DNA from: a virus
Lineage: Duplodnaviria > Caudoviricetes
DNA length: 64,000 nt
Direction: 5' to 3' (one strand)
IMG/VR virus record: IMGVR_UViG_3300012662_000198
Span: 19,154 to 83,153 of that record
Under the pieces are notes generated by a model that saw only the letters and a program-made list of their open reading frames with translations, did not search any database and was not told the origin of the DNA. The position numbers and the translations under genes are program-made. Of this stretch, positions 30,278 through 41,100 are shown in pieces. The number at the start of each line of letters is the position of its first letter. Positions within the stretch are counted from its first letter, which is position 1.

Positions 30278-31887
30278 TTGACTTCCTCCCCACGGCTAAA
30301 GCCGGGGGATTCCTGTCGCGTGTAAGACTTTCTCATGTTATAAGAATCTTCCTTCACGTGTAGCAGGGGTTAGCGTTTCATCGGGGCTTGCGTCCGGCAA
30401 GGCTTTCGTCTTGACGGACGGGTGCTCCTCCACGCTTTCGGCACCGTCCATGCCGGTTGTGTGTATCGCGCGGTCGAGAATGTTCTTGGCCGCGTTAGTG
30501 TCCGCATTGTCTGTGAAACCGCAGTTGACGCAGTGGAAGACCGCTTGGCTCTCACGGTTCTCCTTGGCGACATGGCCGCAACGGTTGCAGGTCTGGGACG
30601 TGTACGCCGGGTTGACCAGTATGAGCTGGGTTCCGGCGAGACGAGTCTTGTATTCGAGTTTGTTCTGGATGTCCGCCCAACGGTTGGCGAGGATGCTACG
30701 GTTCAATCCCGCTTTGGCCGCCGAGCCGTTGCGCAGATAATATCCCGGATGGTTGGGGTCCTGTTTCGGTTTCGGCTTGCGGGTCATTTGCCGTGTGTCC
30801 AACGCTTCCAAGGCGATGAGGTCGCAGTCTTCGACCAGTCGGGTCGTGGTCTTGTTGACCCAATCGTCCTTGCGGTTGTTGATGCGACGGCGTATCGAAC
30901 TCATGCGCTTCAATGTGAGTTTGCGTCGTTTCGACTGGAATTTCGCGGTTTTCCCACCACGTCGGCTGTTGGTCATGTCTTGTCGGGCGAGCTTGCGTTG
31001 CAGACGCAGATACTCTCGCCTCTCCCGTTCGGATGGTTGCGGCATGTCCAGCATGGTTCCGTTCGACAAGGCCAATGTGTGGACGCAGCCACGGTCGATA
31101 CCGGTCTGCTTGCCGGTGGTATTCCGTCGGATGGGCGACGGCTCGTTGGTGAACGCCAGAGTGCGTTCCGTCCAATTCACCGCCACGCTCGTGTACTCCC
31201 TGACGGGTTGGCTGACGCGCACGTGGATGGAGAGCATCCAACGGCATCCCGTTTCGTCCGGCTTGCGGAATTCCTTTTTCACGGTTCCGGTGATTACGAC
31301 CACGCCGCGCTTGCGTGACACCTGATGGTAGACGGCGTTGCCGGTCTTGTTCTGGTTGCGCCAGCATACGAAATACTGGGGGTTGCGTTTGCGGGACTTG
31401 AACCCCGGAACACGACCGCCATTAATCTTCTTGCGCTTCAATCCGGCATACCATTCCGAATTCTCCACGCGCATGGGACTGGCGAGAATAGCGGAGGGGA
31501 TGCACGCGAGCCAAGAACACCTGATTCGAGCCTCGCTGTCCTTGAACGGCTCCCCGACGGTCGAGCCGCCCAAGGGAACGTCCACCCACATGCGCTCACG
31601 GGATTCCACGTCCTCCATGTAGCGGCGGATTGTCCGATGCTCCCGATGCTGGTTGAAACGGGTACGCCAACCATCGCACAGCCAGTCCATGATGCGCTCG
31701 GGATTGCGCGTCCAACAGTGGTTGCGGCATGAATCGTCGCCAAGGTACACGGACGCGCCCGCATGCCTGACTTTGATGATTCGTACCTTATGGCTCATAC
31801 TATAAGCCTTACCACGGAAACAGTGATTAATCAAAGAAGTGGCGGCTTACCCCAGTCTTAAAAGACGGGGCTTGCGCCTCCAATTCG
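30278..31887 (-). mobile_element. tnpB-only IS200/IS605-family element
   Basis: Target TTGAC (31888-31892); left-end hairpin ccccgtcttttaagactgggg; right end gaatcccccggctttagccgtggggaggaagTCAA. Confidence 0.85.
30338..31798 (-). CDS. tnpB: TnpB with an atypical N-terminus
   Basis: RuvC GIDRG, LEAL and NADTNAAKNI motifs; CNRCGH/CVNCG zinc finger; N-terminus lacks the usual HTH_OrfB pattern. Confidence 0.85.
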   Translation of the reverse strand: MSHKVRIIKVRHAGASVYLGDDSCRNHCWTRNPERIMDWLCDGWRTRFNQHREHRTIRRYMEDVESRERMWVDVPLGGSTVGEPFKDSEARIRCSWLACIPSAILASPMRVENSEWYAGLKRKKINGGRVPGFKSRKRNPQYFVCWRNQNKTGNAVYHQVSRKRGVVVITGTVKKEFRKPDETGCRWMLSIHVRVSQPVREYTSVAVNWTERTLAFTNEPSPIRRNTTGKQTGIDRGCVHTLALSNGTMLDMPQPSERERREYLRLQRKLARQDMTNSRRGGKTAKFQSKRRKLTLKRMSSIRRRINNRKDDWVNKTTTRLVEDCDLIALEALDTRQMTRKPKPKQDPNHPGYYLRNGSAAKAGLNRSILANRWADIQNKLEYKTRLAGTQLILVNPAYTSQTCNRCGHVAKENRESQAVFHCVNCGFTDNADTNAAKNILDRAIHTTGMDGAESVEEHPSVKTKALPDASPDETLTPATREGRFL

Positions 31888-31901
31888 GTCAACTGTTTTT
31901 G

Positions 31902-31943
31902 TGTGAACACTTCCAGTATATCATATTTGTTCGATTATGCCAA
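31902..31943 (-). promoter_or_regulatory. Plasmid promoter-family motif reading into the IS left end
   Basis: TTGGCA-17 bp-TATACTGGAAGTGTTCACA. Confidence 0.8.
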
Positions 31944-31994
31944 AAGATTGGATACTCCACCTTTCCAGCAAAGTGCCCAATCTCAGGAAACAGG

Positions 31995-32399
31995 TCAGTC
32001 AACCAGACGATTCACAAACGGGGTACCATGCCCGTCCAGCATTAGGAATTCGAGCGGGTAGAAACGCTTCTTCCAATACTCCAACTGCTCGTCACTCAGG
32101 CTTTCGTTGTCACCGGTATTGGGATTAAATCCTGTGACCACGAATGTGTGGGAGATTAAATCCACAAGGGCGTTTTCGTCCCCTCCCTCGCAGACGTCGC
32201 CGACCACAATCGCGCGATTGAACTGCCAACGTCCGATTTTGCCCTCCTCGTTGCAGTAGAGGGTGGCATTTCCTTTGAGGTAGACCGGCTCAATATAACC
32301 GCCCACTTCATCCTGCAATGCCTTGAGGGTGTTGGGGATGGCCTTGACCAAAGGGTGTTCCCCTGCCTTGACTACGAGGACTTCGATGGTGTCGCTCAT
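31995..32399 (-). CDS. DUF3846-like protein
   Basis: VLVVKAGEHP..NTLKALQDEVGGYIE...YCNEEGK. Confidence 0.75.
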   Translation of the reverse strand: MSDTIEVLVVKAGEHPLVKAIPNTLKALQDEVGGYIEPVYLKGNATLYCNEEGKIGRWQFNRAIVVGDVCEGGDENALVDLISHTFVVTGFNPNTGDNESLSDEQLEYWKKRFYPLEFLMLDGHGTPFVNRLVD

Positions 32400-32816
32400 T
32401 TTCTGCTCCTTTTCAGGGGATAGGTTTTGCAACCATTTGTTTGTGCGAACAATTCCAGTATATCACGTTTTAAATAAAAGGCAAAATCCTGCGAAACCAA
32501 CAACCAACAAACGCCCACAATACCATGGAAAATACTAAAAACCTCCACCACAAGAAAGGGACCAACCTTGGAAACCAAGGAATTCGAAATCTTCTGCAAA
32601 GAAGTAAAAGGCAACGAAGGCAACAAATGCCACTACCCCACACGCTTGGACACCTACGGATGCGGATGCCCGTCCAATCGAACGACTGTTGCAATCTACG
32701 ACGGACAAGCATGCCGCCGTTGGGAACGGCAAATGGTGGGTTTCGCAAAACCATAAAAGCAGAGTAAGGGAAAAAGCCCGACGATATGTGATTATCGTCG
32801 GACTTTTCTATACTTA

Positions 32817-33077
32817 TCAGCCTAAGAATGCCATTTCGTCCGCTAACCCGTCCTCGCCTTCTTCCCTAAGCAGGTTGGCTACACCATACCGTTGGTTCCA
32901 ACATCGAACGATGGTATCAGCCTTAACGTTCGGAGCACCCCAGACAGTCGGTAGGATGGAGCACTCGTCGGGCTTGTGACTGATACCGAAACGAAGACCC
33001 TCTCCGTTATGCGAATAAACCAGTTTGACGTTCTGACCACAGAACGGGCATGGAGCCAAATGGAATGTCTCACTCAC
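32817..33077 (-). CDS. Lar-family restriction-alleviation-like protein
   Basis: LAPCPFCG...ISH...C....WNQR pattern. Confidence 0.65.
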   Translation of the reverse strand: MSETFHLAPCPFCGQNVKLVYSHNGEGLRFGISHKPDECSILPTVWGAPNVKADTIVRCWNQRYGVANLLREEGEDGLADEMAFLG

Positions 33078-33221
33078 GGTTTTGGTTCACTTTCTTGCGA
33101 TTCTCACGCCAGACCGCCACGGTATCGGTTATGAACGCTATCGCCATGACCAGCAGAATCATTGCCAACGAAACCAGTATAACAGCTAAACTAATCGCGA
33201 CCACCCAGTTCAACACAGTTT

Positions 33222-33533
33222 TCATATTGCGCTCAACCCGTAGCCGATGTTGGAGTGCAACTCGCCGTTCAGGCTGGGGTGTCCACCGGCCTGTAGTTGA
33301 CGTCCTCCCGGCGTTGAAACACCGGGATTCCAACATGTTCTCGTGGTGAACCACGAGAACGTGGTCTTGCTGTAAGCTTTGTTATATAAGGACTTCTTCG
33401 GCTGAGTGACCGCACCCTTGCCCTTGCTCCCATAGGCGGGCGTCACCGCCTTTTTGACCGCGCGTGCGGCACGGCTTTTGGTTTTCATGGAAATGGAACG
33501 ACGTATCGACGGTTTTCTTGCTCCGAACTTCAA
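33222..33533 (-). CDS. Basic conserved phage/plasmid protein with its 3' end overwritten by an IS end
   Basis: MKFGARKPSIRRS...RAVKKAVTPAYGSKGKG..PKKSLYNKAYSKTTFS. Confidence 0.65.
   Translation of the reverse strand: MKFGARKPSIRRSISMKTKSRAARAVKKAVTPAYGSKGKGAVTQPKKSLYNKAYSKTTFSWFTTRTCWNPGVSTPGGRQLQAGGHPSLNGELHSNIGYGLSAI
33297..33331 (-). mobile_element. Solo IS200/IS605 right end
   Basis: ggaatcccggtgtttcaacgccgggaggacgTCAA. Confidence 0.7.
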
Positions 33534-33542
33534 GGCATCCTC

Positions 33543-34142
33543 CTAGATTGTTTTGTTTGCCTGAAGTCTCTTGGCCCGCACCTCCTCGGGAGTGCCGAAG
33601 CGCTTGTGATAGCACTCCCGAGAGCAGATGTCGTATCCTCTCATGCCGGAATAGTATGGGTATTCCCTGCCGCACTCCAAGCATGTTATGGTGGCCTCGG
33701 CCATCATGGCTTTGGCGAACGCGACACCTTCCGGCGTCCCGGTGGCGATGTATTTCCCGCCGCGTTCCACGTAGGTAACGCAACCGTAGTGGCGCAGTCT
33801 TTCCATGCTGGCCTTGGCCGTGGGGTCGGACATGTAGTTCCATCCGTATCCCCTGCGCGAGATTTCCTCAAGGATGTCGAACATGTCGTAGCGCAGATAT
33901 TTCTTTTCGAGCCTGTACTGTCCGACGTGCGTTTCGATGAACTCGTGTATGCCGTCCATGTCCGGGATGAACCAGTCTCCGATGTTGGAGTAGTGTTCGA
34001 TTCTCCCATATCCCTTGCGGGACAAGGCTGTAAGGATTTCCTTGGTCTGGTCCAATACGATTCGGCTGTTGTCTCCCGGCTGGCCGTGGAACGAGTCGAT
34101 GAACTCCAAAAGACTGTATTCGTCTGCTGTCGGGGTTCTCAT
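33543..34142 (-). CDS. Hypothetical protein with a C-terminal CxxC...C zinc motif
   Basis: RBS aaggag; downstream of the promoter motif at 34174. Confidence 0.65.
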   Translation of the reverse strand: MRTPTADEYSLLEFIDSFHGQPGDNSRIVLDQTKEILTALSRKGYGRIEHYSNIGDWFIPDMDGIHEFIETHVGQYRLEKKYLRYDMFDILEEISRRGYGWNYMSDPTAKASMERLRHYGCVTYVERGGKYIATGTPEGVAFAKAMMAEATITCLECGREYPYYSGMRGYDICSRECYHKRFGTPEEVRAKRLQANKTI

Positions 34143-34337
34143 GTTATCTCCTTTTTCGACAGTGGTATCTTCATGTGAACAAAGCCAGTATAGCATAGTG
34201 TTTATGGTTTGGGCAAACCGCAAATGTAGCCAAAACCACAATTAAGCGACACTTAAGACGATAAGTGTCGCTTAACAAAAAAGAAGCCCCGGCAATCCCC
34301 CGAAAAGAAAACTGCCGGGGCTTCCACTCAAATACAA

Positions 34338-36935
34338 TCAGTCGTTTTTGCGACGGATTGAACGCTCCACTCCGACGAAGCCGACGCCCATCATCAGCGC
34401 GACGATGGACACTGCGGCGACATCAGCCACGTCAACACCAGTGGTGGCGAGATTGTCATCGGCGACGGTGACGGTCTTCTTGGCGGCGTCCACCTTGTAG
34501 GTAGTGGTCTTGTTCGCCTTCTTATCAGCCGCTTCGACCGTGGACTCATTCTTCTTGGAAGAATCGTCAATGACCGTGCCGGTGGAACCGCCGTTATTGG
34601 ACGGATTGGTCTTGCCCGGGGTGTCCTCCGGGGTGGACGGCGTATCAGGCGTATCGGGCGTGTCAGGCACGCCAAACCCCGGGTCGGGATTCTCGCCATT
34701 GCTAGGCTTGGACACGATACCTTCGAGGGCGTTCTTCGCATCCGTGAGAGCGGCTTCGGTCCGCTTCTTATCAGCCTTGGCCTGTTCGAGCTTTGCGGTC
34801 GCGTCAGCCAGCGTCTTATCGGCCTTCGCCTTGGCGGTCTTGGCCTTATTGAAGTTGGCCTGAGCGGTCTTCTGCTCGTCCTGCGCCGTGGACAATGCCT
34901 TTCCCGCCTCCGCGAGCTTCCTCTGCGCTTCCGCCAGCTTCGCGTTCGCGTCGGTATAGCCGTCGAGCTTGGACTGCGCCCGCTCGACCTGCCTCTTGGC
35001 CGCGTCAACTGCGCCCTGAGCCTTGTCCACGTCCGACTGGGCGGTCTTCACCTGCCGGTTCGCCTTGTCAAGTTCGCCCTGCGCGGTCTTGGTCGCGGAC
35101 TGCTTCTGCTCATACACGGACTGTTTGGCATCAGCCTCATCCTTTGCCTGAGCGTAAACCTTGTCAGCGGTTTTGCCCGCGCCGACTGCGGTATTGTACG
35201 CGTCGAGAGCCTTCCGGTAGGCTTCGTCCTTGGCCTTGGCGGTCTTCGCGGCTTCGTCGGCGGTCTGCTGTGCGCTCCGGGCACGCTCCTGAAGGTCCGC
35301 AAGCTCCTTCTGCGCCTGCTGTGCGGCCTTCTTCGCCTCGTTCGCCTTGTCGAGAGCCTGCTGGTACGCGTCGGAAGCCGAATCCAAAGCGTTCTTGTAG
35401 GAGAGAATCTGCTGACGGTAGTCGTTCACGGAAACGCCACTGGTGTACAGGTATTTCTGGCTGAAGTTCTGGGCGGCTGTCAGAGAACCCGTGATGGCAA
35501 AACCGGTGGTGTCGCAGTCCGGGTCGATGATATTCAGATAATGTCCGGTCTGCTCGTAGATGTCCGGATATTTCATGTAGATTTCCACGGCGGTCATGTT
35601 GCGCAGTTCCGGATTCTTCTCCGCATACTGGTCGAACACGGCCTTCTCTTCCGTATACCATCCGTCATACGGATTGTCGTACCCCCAAGCGAGATTCTGG
35701 GAGGTTCCGGTGAACACGTGCCCCGTGTTCTGAGAGTACGTGTTGTAGTCGGCGGCAAGCTGGGCGGTGGCGGAGTCCATATCGTTGACGGTCCACTCCG
35801 GCAGTCCGAGACTGCGACGAATCTCATTGCCCTTGTCAATCATGTCGAGGGCGTCGAGCATGTTCTGCAAGCTGGTCGCGGAATTCTCGTCACCAATCTT
35901 CACCCAATCCTCGTTCCGGTATTTGACGAGCTGGTCGAGAGCTGACTGGGTGTCCTCGTTCGCATAATCGGATGTGAGCTTCCACTGGTAGAAGCCGATG
36001 GAGCCGGAGGCGAGCTGCTTGTCCGCATTGTCGGCGGCGGTCTTCTTCGAATCCGCGTCGGCCTGCGCGGCATTGGCGGCAGTGGTCTTAGCGTCCACGT
36101 CCTTCTGCTTCGCGTCGATGCCGCTCTTTGCGTCCGAAGCGTTCTTGTCGGCGGTGGTCTTCGCGGTGTCGGCGTCATTCTTAGCGGCCAACGCGGCTTC
36201 CAGTTCGGCTCGAAGCTGGTCGATGGTTTTCTGGGATTCGTCGGCGTTCGCCTTCGCGTCTGAGGCGGTCTTGTCGGCCTTGTCCTTGTCAGCCTTGGCT
36301 GAAGCCTCGTCGTTCTTAGCGGCGGTCAGACTGTCGGCTTTCTTCTGGGCGTCCTGCTGTGCCTGCTTGACCTGCTGGTTGGCGGATTCCAACTGCTTGG
36401 CGGTCTGGTCGAGCTGCTGTTTCGCGTCGGAAAGCGCCTGCTGGGCTTTCTTCTGGTTTTCCGGATTGGTGGCTTCACTGGCGTTCTGCTGGGCCTGACT
36501 CAGATTCTCCTGCGCCTGATTCACCTTGTTTTGAGCGTTCTGAACCTGCTGGTTAGCGGAGTCCAACGTGGTCTGGGCGTTGTTCACTTGAGTCTGGGTC
36601 TGGTTGACTGTGGTCTGAGCGTTGTCAACGTTGGTCTGGGCCTGATTCAGATTGGCCTGAGCTTGGTTGTCTTTGGTTTGGGCTTCATCCACCTTGGCCT
36701 TTGCGTCGGCCTTGGGGTCTGCCTGAACCGTGGTATCAACGTTTGGCGTTGCGGCAATCTGAGTGGCTTGGGCTACAGTGTCTTGGGTCTGCTTGACTGC
36801 GGCCTGAGCCTGTTCGATTGTGCCATTCACATCTGGCTGAATGTTGTTGACGTCATCCGCGAACGCGGTGGCTGGTGCGGCGAGGGTTGCCGCGGCCACT
36901 GTGGTGGCGATGAGCGTCTTCTTGACGTTTACCAA
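34338..36935 (-). CDS. CAP (SCP) domain surface protein with coiled coils and a LATTG anchor
   Basis: TTG start and signal peptide; NEIRRSLGLP, GHVF..SQNLAWG and TGHYLNII CAP motifs; LATTG, TM segment and basic tail. Confidence 0.85.
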   Translation of the reverse strand: MVNVKKTLIATTVAAATLAAPATAFADDVNNIQPDVNGTIEQAQAAVKQTQDTVAQATQIAATPNVDTTVQADPKADAKAKVDEAQTKDNQAQANLNQAQTNVDNAQTTVNQTQTQVNNAQTTLDSANQQVQNAQNKVNQAQENLSQAQQNASEATNPENQKKAQQALSDAKQQLDQTAKQLESANQQVKQAQQDAQKKADSLTAAKNDEASAKADKDKADKTASDAKANADESQKTIDQLRAELEAALAAKNDADTAKTTADKNASDAKSGIDAKQKDVDAKTTAANAAQADADSKKTAADNADKQLASGSIGFYQWKLTSDYANEDTQSALDQLVKYRNEDWVKIGDENSATSLQNMLDALDMIDKGNEIRRSLGLPEWTVNDMDSATAQLAADYNTYSQNTGHVFTGTSQNLAWGYDNPYDGWYTEEKAVFDQYAEKNPELRNMTAVEIYMKYPDIYEQTGHYLNIIDPDCDTTGFAITGSLTAAQNFSQKYLYTSGVSVNDYRQQILSYKNALDSASDAYQQALDKANEAKKAAQQAQKELADLQERARSAQQTADEAAKTAKAKDEAYRKALDAYNTAVGAGKTADKVYAQAKDEADAKQSVYEQKQSATKTAQGELDKANRQVKTAQSDVDKAQGAVDAAKRQVERAQSKLDGYTDANAKLAEAQRKLAEAGKALSTAQDEQKTAQANFNKAKTAKAKADKTLADATAKLEQAKADKKRTEAALTDAKNALEGIVSKPSNGENPDPGFGVPDTPDTPDTPSTPEDTPGKTNPSNNGGSTGTVIDDSSKKNESTVEAADKKANKTTTYKVDAAKKTVTVADDNLATTGVDVADVAAVSIVALMMGVGFVGVERSIRRKND

Positions 36936-37046
36936 GTTTTTCTCCTTTGTCTGATTTCTTTTTCCACGTGTGGTGTGGCTTATATTATACCCCCTTGTTG
37001 GAGAGGGTTTCCACCTCGCATAGGAAAACCCAAACGAGAGGAAAAG

Positions 37047-37120
37047 CGCCTTGGATGGGATTCGAACCCACAACCATCCACTTAGAGGGAGGACGCCCTA
37101 TCCGATTGGGCCACCAAGGC
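37047..37120 (-). tRNA. tRNA-Arg(TCT), atypical anticodon arm
   Basis: Cloverleaf GCCTTGG..CCAAGGC; anticodon loop CC-TCT-AA (C33 instead of U33) and a T-T mismatch in the stem. Confidence 0.8.
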
Positions 37121-37152
37121 AATTCCCTAATGATTTAGGGAGGAGTGAAAAA

Positions 37153-37608
37153 TCAGAACATGTCACGTTCTAAAGAAGCGAGCGTCCTGCTGGTCTGGTT
37201 CAAATCCCAGAATTCACGTTCGAACTTTTCAGCCAGTTCCATGACCTGTTCGACCTTTTTGACAAGAAGCTCGGCGGAAGTCCTCACTCCCTTGAAAGTG
37301 GTGATAATCTCACCATCCCTGTACATGGGAATTCGTGCCGTTTCGGCGGGAATACCGGCGGCGCTTCCATTGTCAGCCGCGTATTGCAAAGAAAGGTCGT
37401 AAGTGAGGGCGAAGGTCGCGTTCTTAACGTAGCCCTCTTCCTCCACTGCGTTGATGGTCATCTTCCAAGAGCGGGGGAAGGGACGTTCGGGATTGCAAAC
37501 GTGGACTTTGGTCCATACGTTCCCGCCTTTTTTGGTGTTCTTGGTGAAGTCGGGCAGATATTCGGTCATGTTCTGTTCGAATTCCTCGATGGTGGTCTGC
37601 TTGTTCAT
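37153..37608 (-). CDS. Hypothetical protein
   Basis: RBS aaaggag; promoter motif at 37637 with -35 TTGACC. Confidence 0.7.
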   Translation of the reverse strand: MNKQTTIEEFEQNMTEYLPDFTKNTKKGGNVWTKVHVCNPERPFPRSWKMTINAVEEEGYVKNATFALTYDLSLQYAADNGSAAGIPAETARIPMYRDGEIITTFKGVRTSAELLVKKVEQVMELAEKFEREFWDLNQTSRTLASLERDMF

Positions 37609-37823
37609 TTTGGCTCCTTTTTTCGTCATGTCTTTATGTGAACAATCTCAGTATAACACATGCTGTGGAGTGGGTCAATCCAACGAAGCCAACTCCATCT
37701 CAATCCCAGCCAACTCCTCCAACAAACGCTTACGACGAGCCACCAGCAGACTCTTCCTACGAGCACCCGCGAACACAGGATGCCTTTTCTTGGTCTGTTT
37801 GCATGAACGATTCAAGTATGCCT

Positions 37824-37874
37824 CTTATGTGTTGCGCCGTAAAACCTCCGACTTTAGTCGGGGGAGAAAGTCAA
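37824..37874. mobile_element. Solo IS200/IS605 end
   Basis: ttatgtgttgcgccgtaaaacctccgactttagtcggggggagaaaGTCAA. Confidence 0.7.
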
Positions 37875-37920
37875 TAAGACAATAATGAAAGTAGTGTGTC
37901 GCATGGTTTGAATATTGAGA

Positions 37921-37939
37921 TATACTGGATACGTCCACA
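37921..37939 (+). promoter_or_regulatory. Plasmid promoter-family motif upstream of tracrRNA/cas9
   Basis: TATACTGGATACGTCCACA inside the fold-back gcatggttt/aaaccaagc. Confidence 0.7.
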
Positions 37940-38018
37940 AATAAAAAACCAAGCGCTGTTCAAAAACGGAAACAACACGCCGAGGTTGCTAGAAGAACAC
38001 TATGTGCTATAGTGGGAA

Positions 38019-38105
38019 CCACGGCAAGTTTCAATCAAGTCCGGTGACAGACCGGAATTGACCGTAGGGCGGCGATAGGACGCAAGTCCCAATCGCCGCT
38101 TTTTT
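38019..38105 (+). ncRNA. tracrRNA
   Basis: Extended -10 TGcTATAGT (38005-38013); anti-repeat acggcaagtttcaatc pairs with gattggaagactgccgt; nexus tccggt/accgga; terminator gcggcgat/atcgccgc plus T6. Confidence 0.8.
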
Positions 38106-38134
38106 CATGCAGTGCGGAAAGAGAACAACAGACC

Positions 38135-41100
38135 TTGACCGCAAAAACCAATATCCGCTACCGCGTGGGAGCCGACGTAGGACTCAACAGCCTAGGATTC
38201 TCCGCAATCCAACTCGACGCCAACGGCAACCCGACAGCACTGCTCAAAACCCTCAGCTACATTCACGATGGCGGAGTAGACCCGACCCAAAACAAGTCCG
38301 GCACCACCCGCAAGGCCATGGCCGGAATCGCACGGCGAACCCGCAACATGCGCAAACGCCGCCGCCACCGTCTCAACCAGCTCGACCGTCAGCTCTACCA
38401 ACTGGGCTATCCGGTGGACGGAGTGCCGGACTGCGAGCAAGACCTTTATGAAGACTGGAACACCCGTTCCGCTTTGGCTACCACCTACATATCCGACAAA
38501 GACAGGCGTGACCGGATGATTGTCATGGCAGTCAGACATATCGCACGCCATCGCGGTTGGCGCAACTCCTACAGTCGGGTCGAAACCCTGTTCGAGGACG
38601 TGGAGCCGTCCGACCAGTACAAGGATTTGAAACAGCGAGTGGAGACCCGTCTTGGAATGAAACTGGACGATGATATGACCCCGGCGCAGCTCGTCGCATT
38701 GACACTTTCCGAACGTAACGGCAAACTGGTTCGGCTCCGCACCAGCACCAAATACGGTGAGGGCATTCTGCCGAACCGTCTCATGCAGTCCGACAATGCG
38801 CGTGAACTCCGACGCATCTTCACCGTCCAGCAAGTACCCGAAGAGGTTTGGAAACCCATCCTGCGTACCGTGTTCCATTGCGCATCCCCCAAGGGTTCCG
38901 CCGAAAAACGCGTGGGAACAGACCCGCTCGACCAAACCCAGAAGAGAGCGTTGAAGGCCAGTCTCGCCTTCCAGAAGTATCGTATCCTCAATATCATCAC
39001 CAACCTACGTATCCGACGCAAAGGCGAAGCATCCCGACCGTTGACCGTCAGTGAGAAACAGGATGTGTACGAACTGCTCACCACTGCCAAGGAAGACTTG
39101 GAATGGTTGGACGTGTGCGCCATTCTCGGCATCGAACGAAACGAACTCAAAGGCGTCGGCACCCTCACCCATGACGGGGAGGAGCGCATCGGCAACAAGC
39201 CGCCAGTATTGGACACCGTAATCCGAATCCACGGCATCAAAAACACCAAACTCCGCAAGATGATGGACATATGGTGGAACGCCGCCACCGAGGACGAACA
39301 GTCCGCGATGGTTCGACTACTGTCCAACACGGTTGACTTGGACAAGGTGCGCGACCTCATCGAATACGCCTCCCCCATCGAATTCATCGACGGGTTGGAC
39401 GAAGACCTGCTCACCCCATTGGACTCCATCAGCCTTCCAGTCGGACGTGCCGCCTACTCCGAAAAGACACTCGACCGACTGTCCAAGCGCATGTTGGAAA
39501 CGGAAGACGATTTGCATTATGCGATTCGCCACGAATTCGACGTGCCAGCCGACTGGAAGCCTCCGGTTCCACCCGTTCAGGAGCCGACCGGCAACCCAGC
39601 CGTAGACCGCGTGCTCAAAGCGTTCAACCGTTTCCTCAGCCAATGCGAACAACAGTGGGGCACGCCCGAAAGCGTCAACATCGAAACCACAAAGGAATCG
39701 TTCTCAAGTATCGCGTTCGGACGTACGCTTGACTTCGAGCGTCGCAAACGCCGCGACAAAGACAATCAAGTCCGCGCCGCAATCCGCGAAGACATGAGGA
39801 AGCAACTGTCAAACGGTGGAAGCCTCAAAGTCCACGACTATGATGTGCGCCGTTGGGAAATCGTGCAATCGCAGAACAACACATGCCTGTACTGCGGGGC
39901 GACCAGTCCACGGTTCAGTTTCGACAAGTCGGAACTCGACCACATCGTACCCCGACGCGGTGTCGGCTCGGACAGCAAACGCACCAACATGGCGGCTGTA
40001 TGCCCCGAGTGCAATGCCAACAAGTCGAACATTCCGTTCGCCGTTTGGGTAGGTTCGGAGTATGCGAAACAGCATGGCATCACCATGGAGGCCGTCACCG
40101 CCCGAGTGAACCAGTTGATGTTCCCCCAGTCCATGACCCGCAAACAGGTTGGTCAGGTGAAGAAAACCATCATCAGCCGACTCAAGCAGACCGAACGAGA
40201 CGAGCCACTGGACAACCGTTCCATCGAATCGGTTGGCTGGATGGCCGACGAACTCCACCGCCGACTCGACGGACGTTACGCCAGTAAAGACGTGGACGTA
40301 AACACATTCCCCGGCTCCATCACCTATGAGGCACGACGCGCGTCCGGTATCGACGGACGAATCCACTTCATCGGCGCACAATACAAGACCCGACTCGACC
40401 GCCGTCACCATGCGGTAGACGCCTCGGTCATCGCCATGATGAACCAGAACACCGCACTCCGATTGGCCGAACGCCACTATCTACGCGAATCCCAACGCCT
40501 GTGCGGAACCCCGTTCGGACAAACGGACTGGAAACAGTATCCAAACGAGAACACCCCCGGCTACGTCCGATACCGGCAATGGATTGAACAGATGAAAAGT
40601 CTGCTCCACCTGTTGAACAAGGCCTTGGACGAGGATACCATTCCGGTCGTTCGGAGCCGCCGCCTCCGCTTGGGCAACAGTACCGCGCATGATGCGACGG
40701 TGAAACCGTTGCAATACGCGCGACTGGGAGACGCGCTCTCCCCCACGCTCATTGACCATGCCATCACACCGCAGGTATGGAAGGCGTTGACCCGACTGCC
40801 GGACTACAATCCTCAGACCGGTCTGCCCGCCAATCCGAACCGTGTCATCACGGCCTTGGGTGAGGTATGCCATGCGAAGGACGAAATCGGCTTCCTACCC
40901 GGCAACAACGCGCAACTGTATGTCAACGGTGGTGCCGCCGACATTGGCGGAACCATCCATCATGCCCGTATCTACCGTTGCGAACAGGTGTTGAAGAACG
41001 GAAAACGCAAGACGTTCTACGGCATGGTGCGCGTGTTCCAATGCGATTTGATGAAACGCAAGAAGAACACCGACCTGTTCCGCACCCCGTTGTATCCCGC

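Noticed and set aside
37047-37120. Amber-suppressor (CTA) reading of the tRNA
   Set aside because: Shifting the loop by one base destroys the anticodon stem; the TCT register fits.
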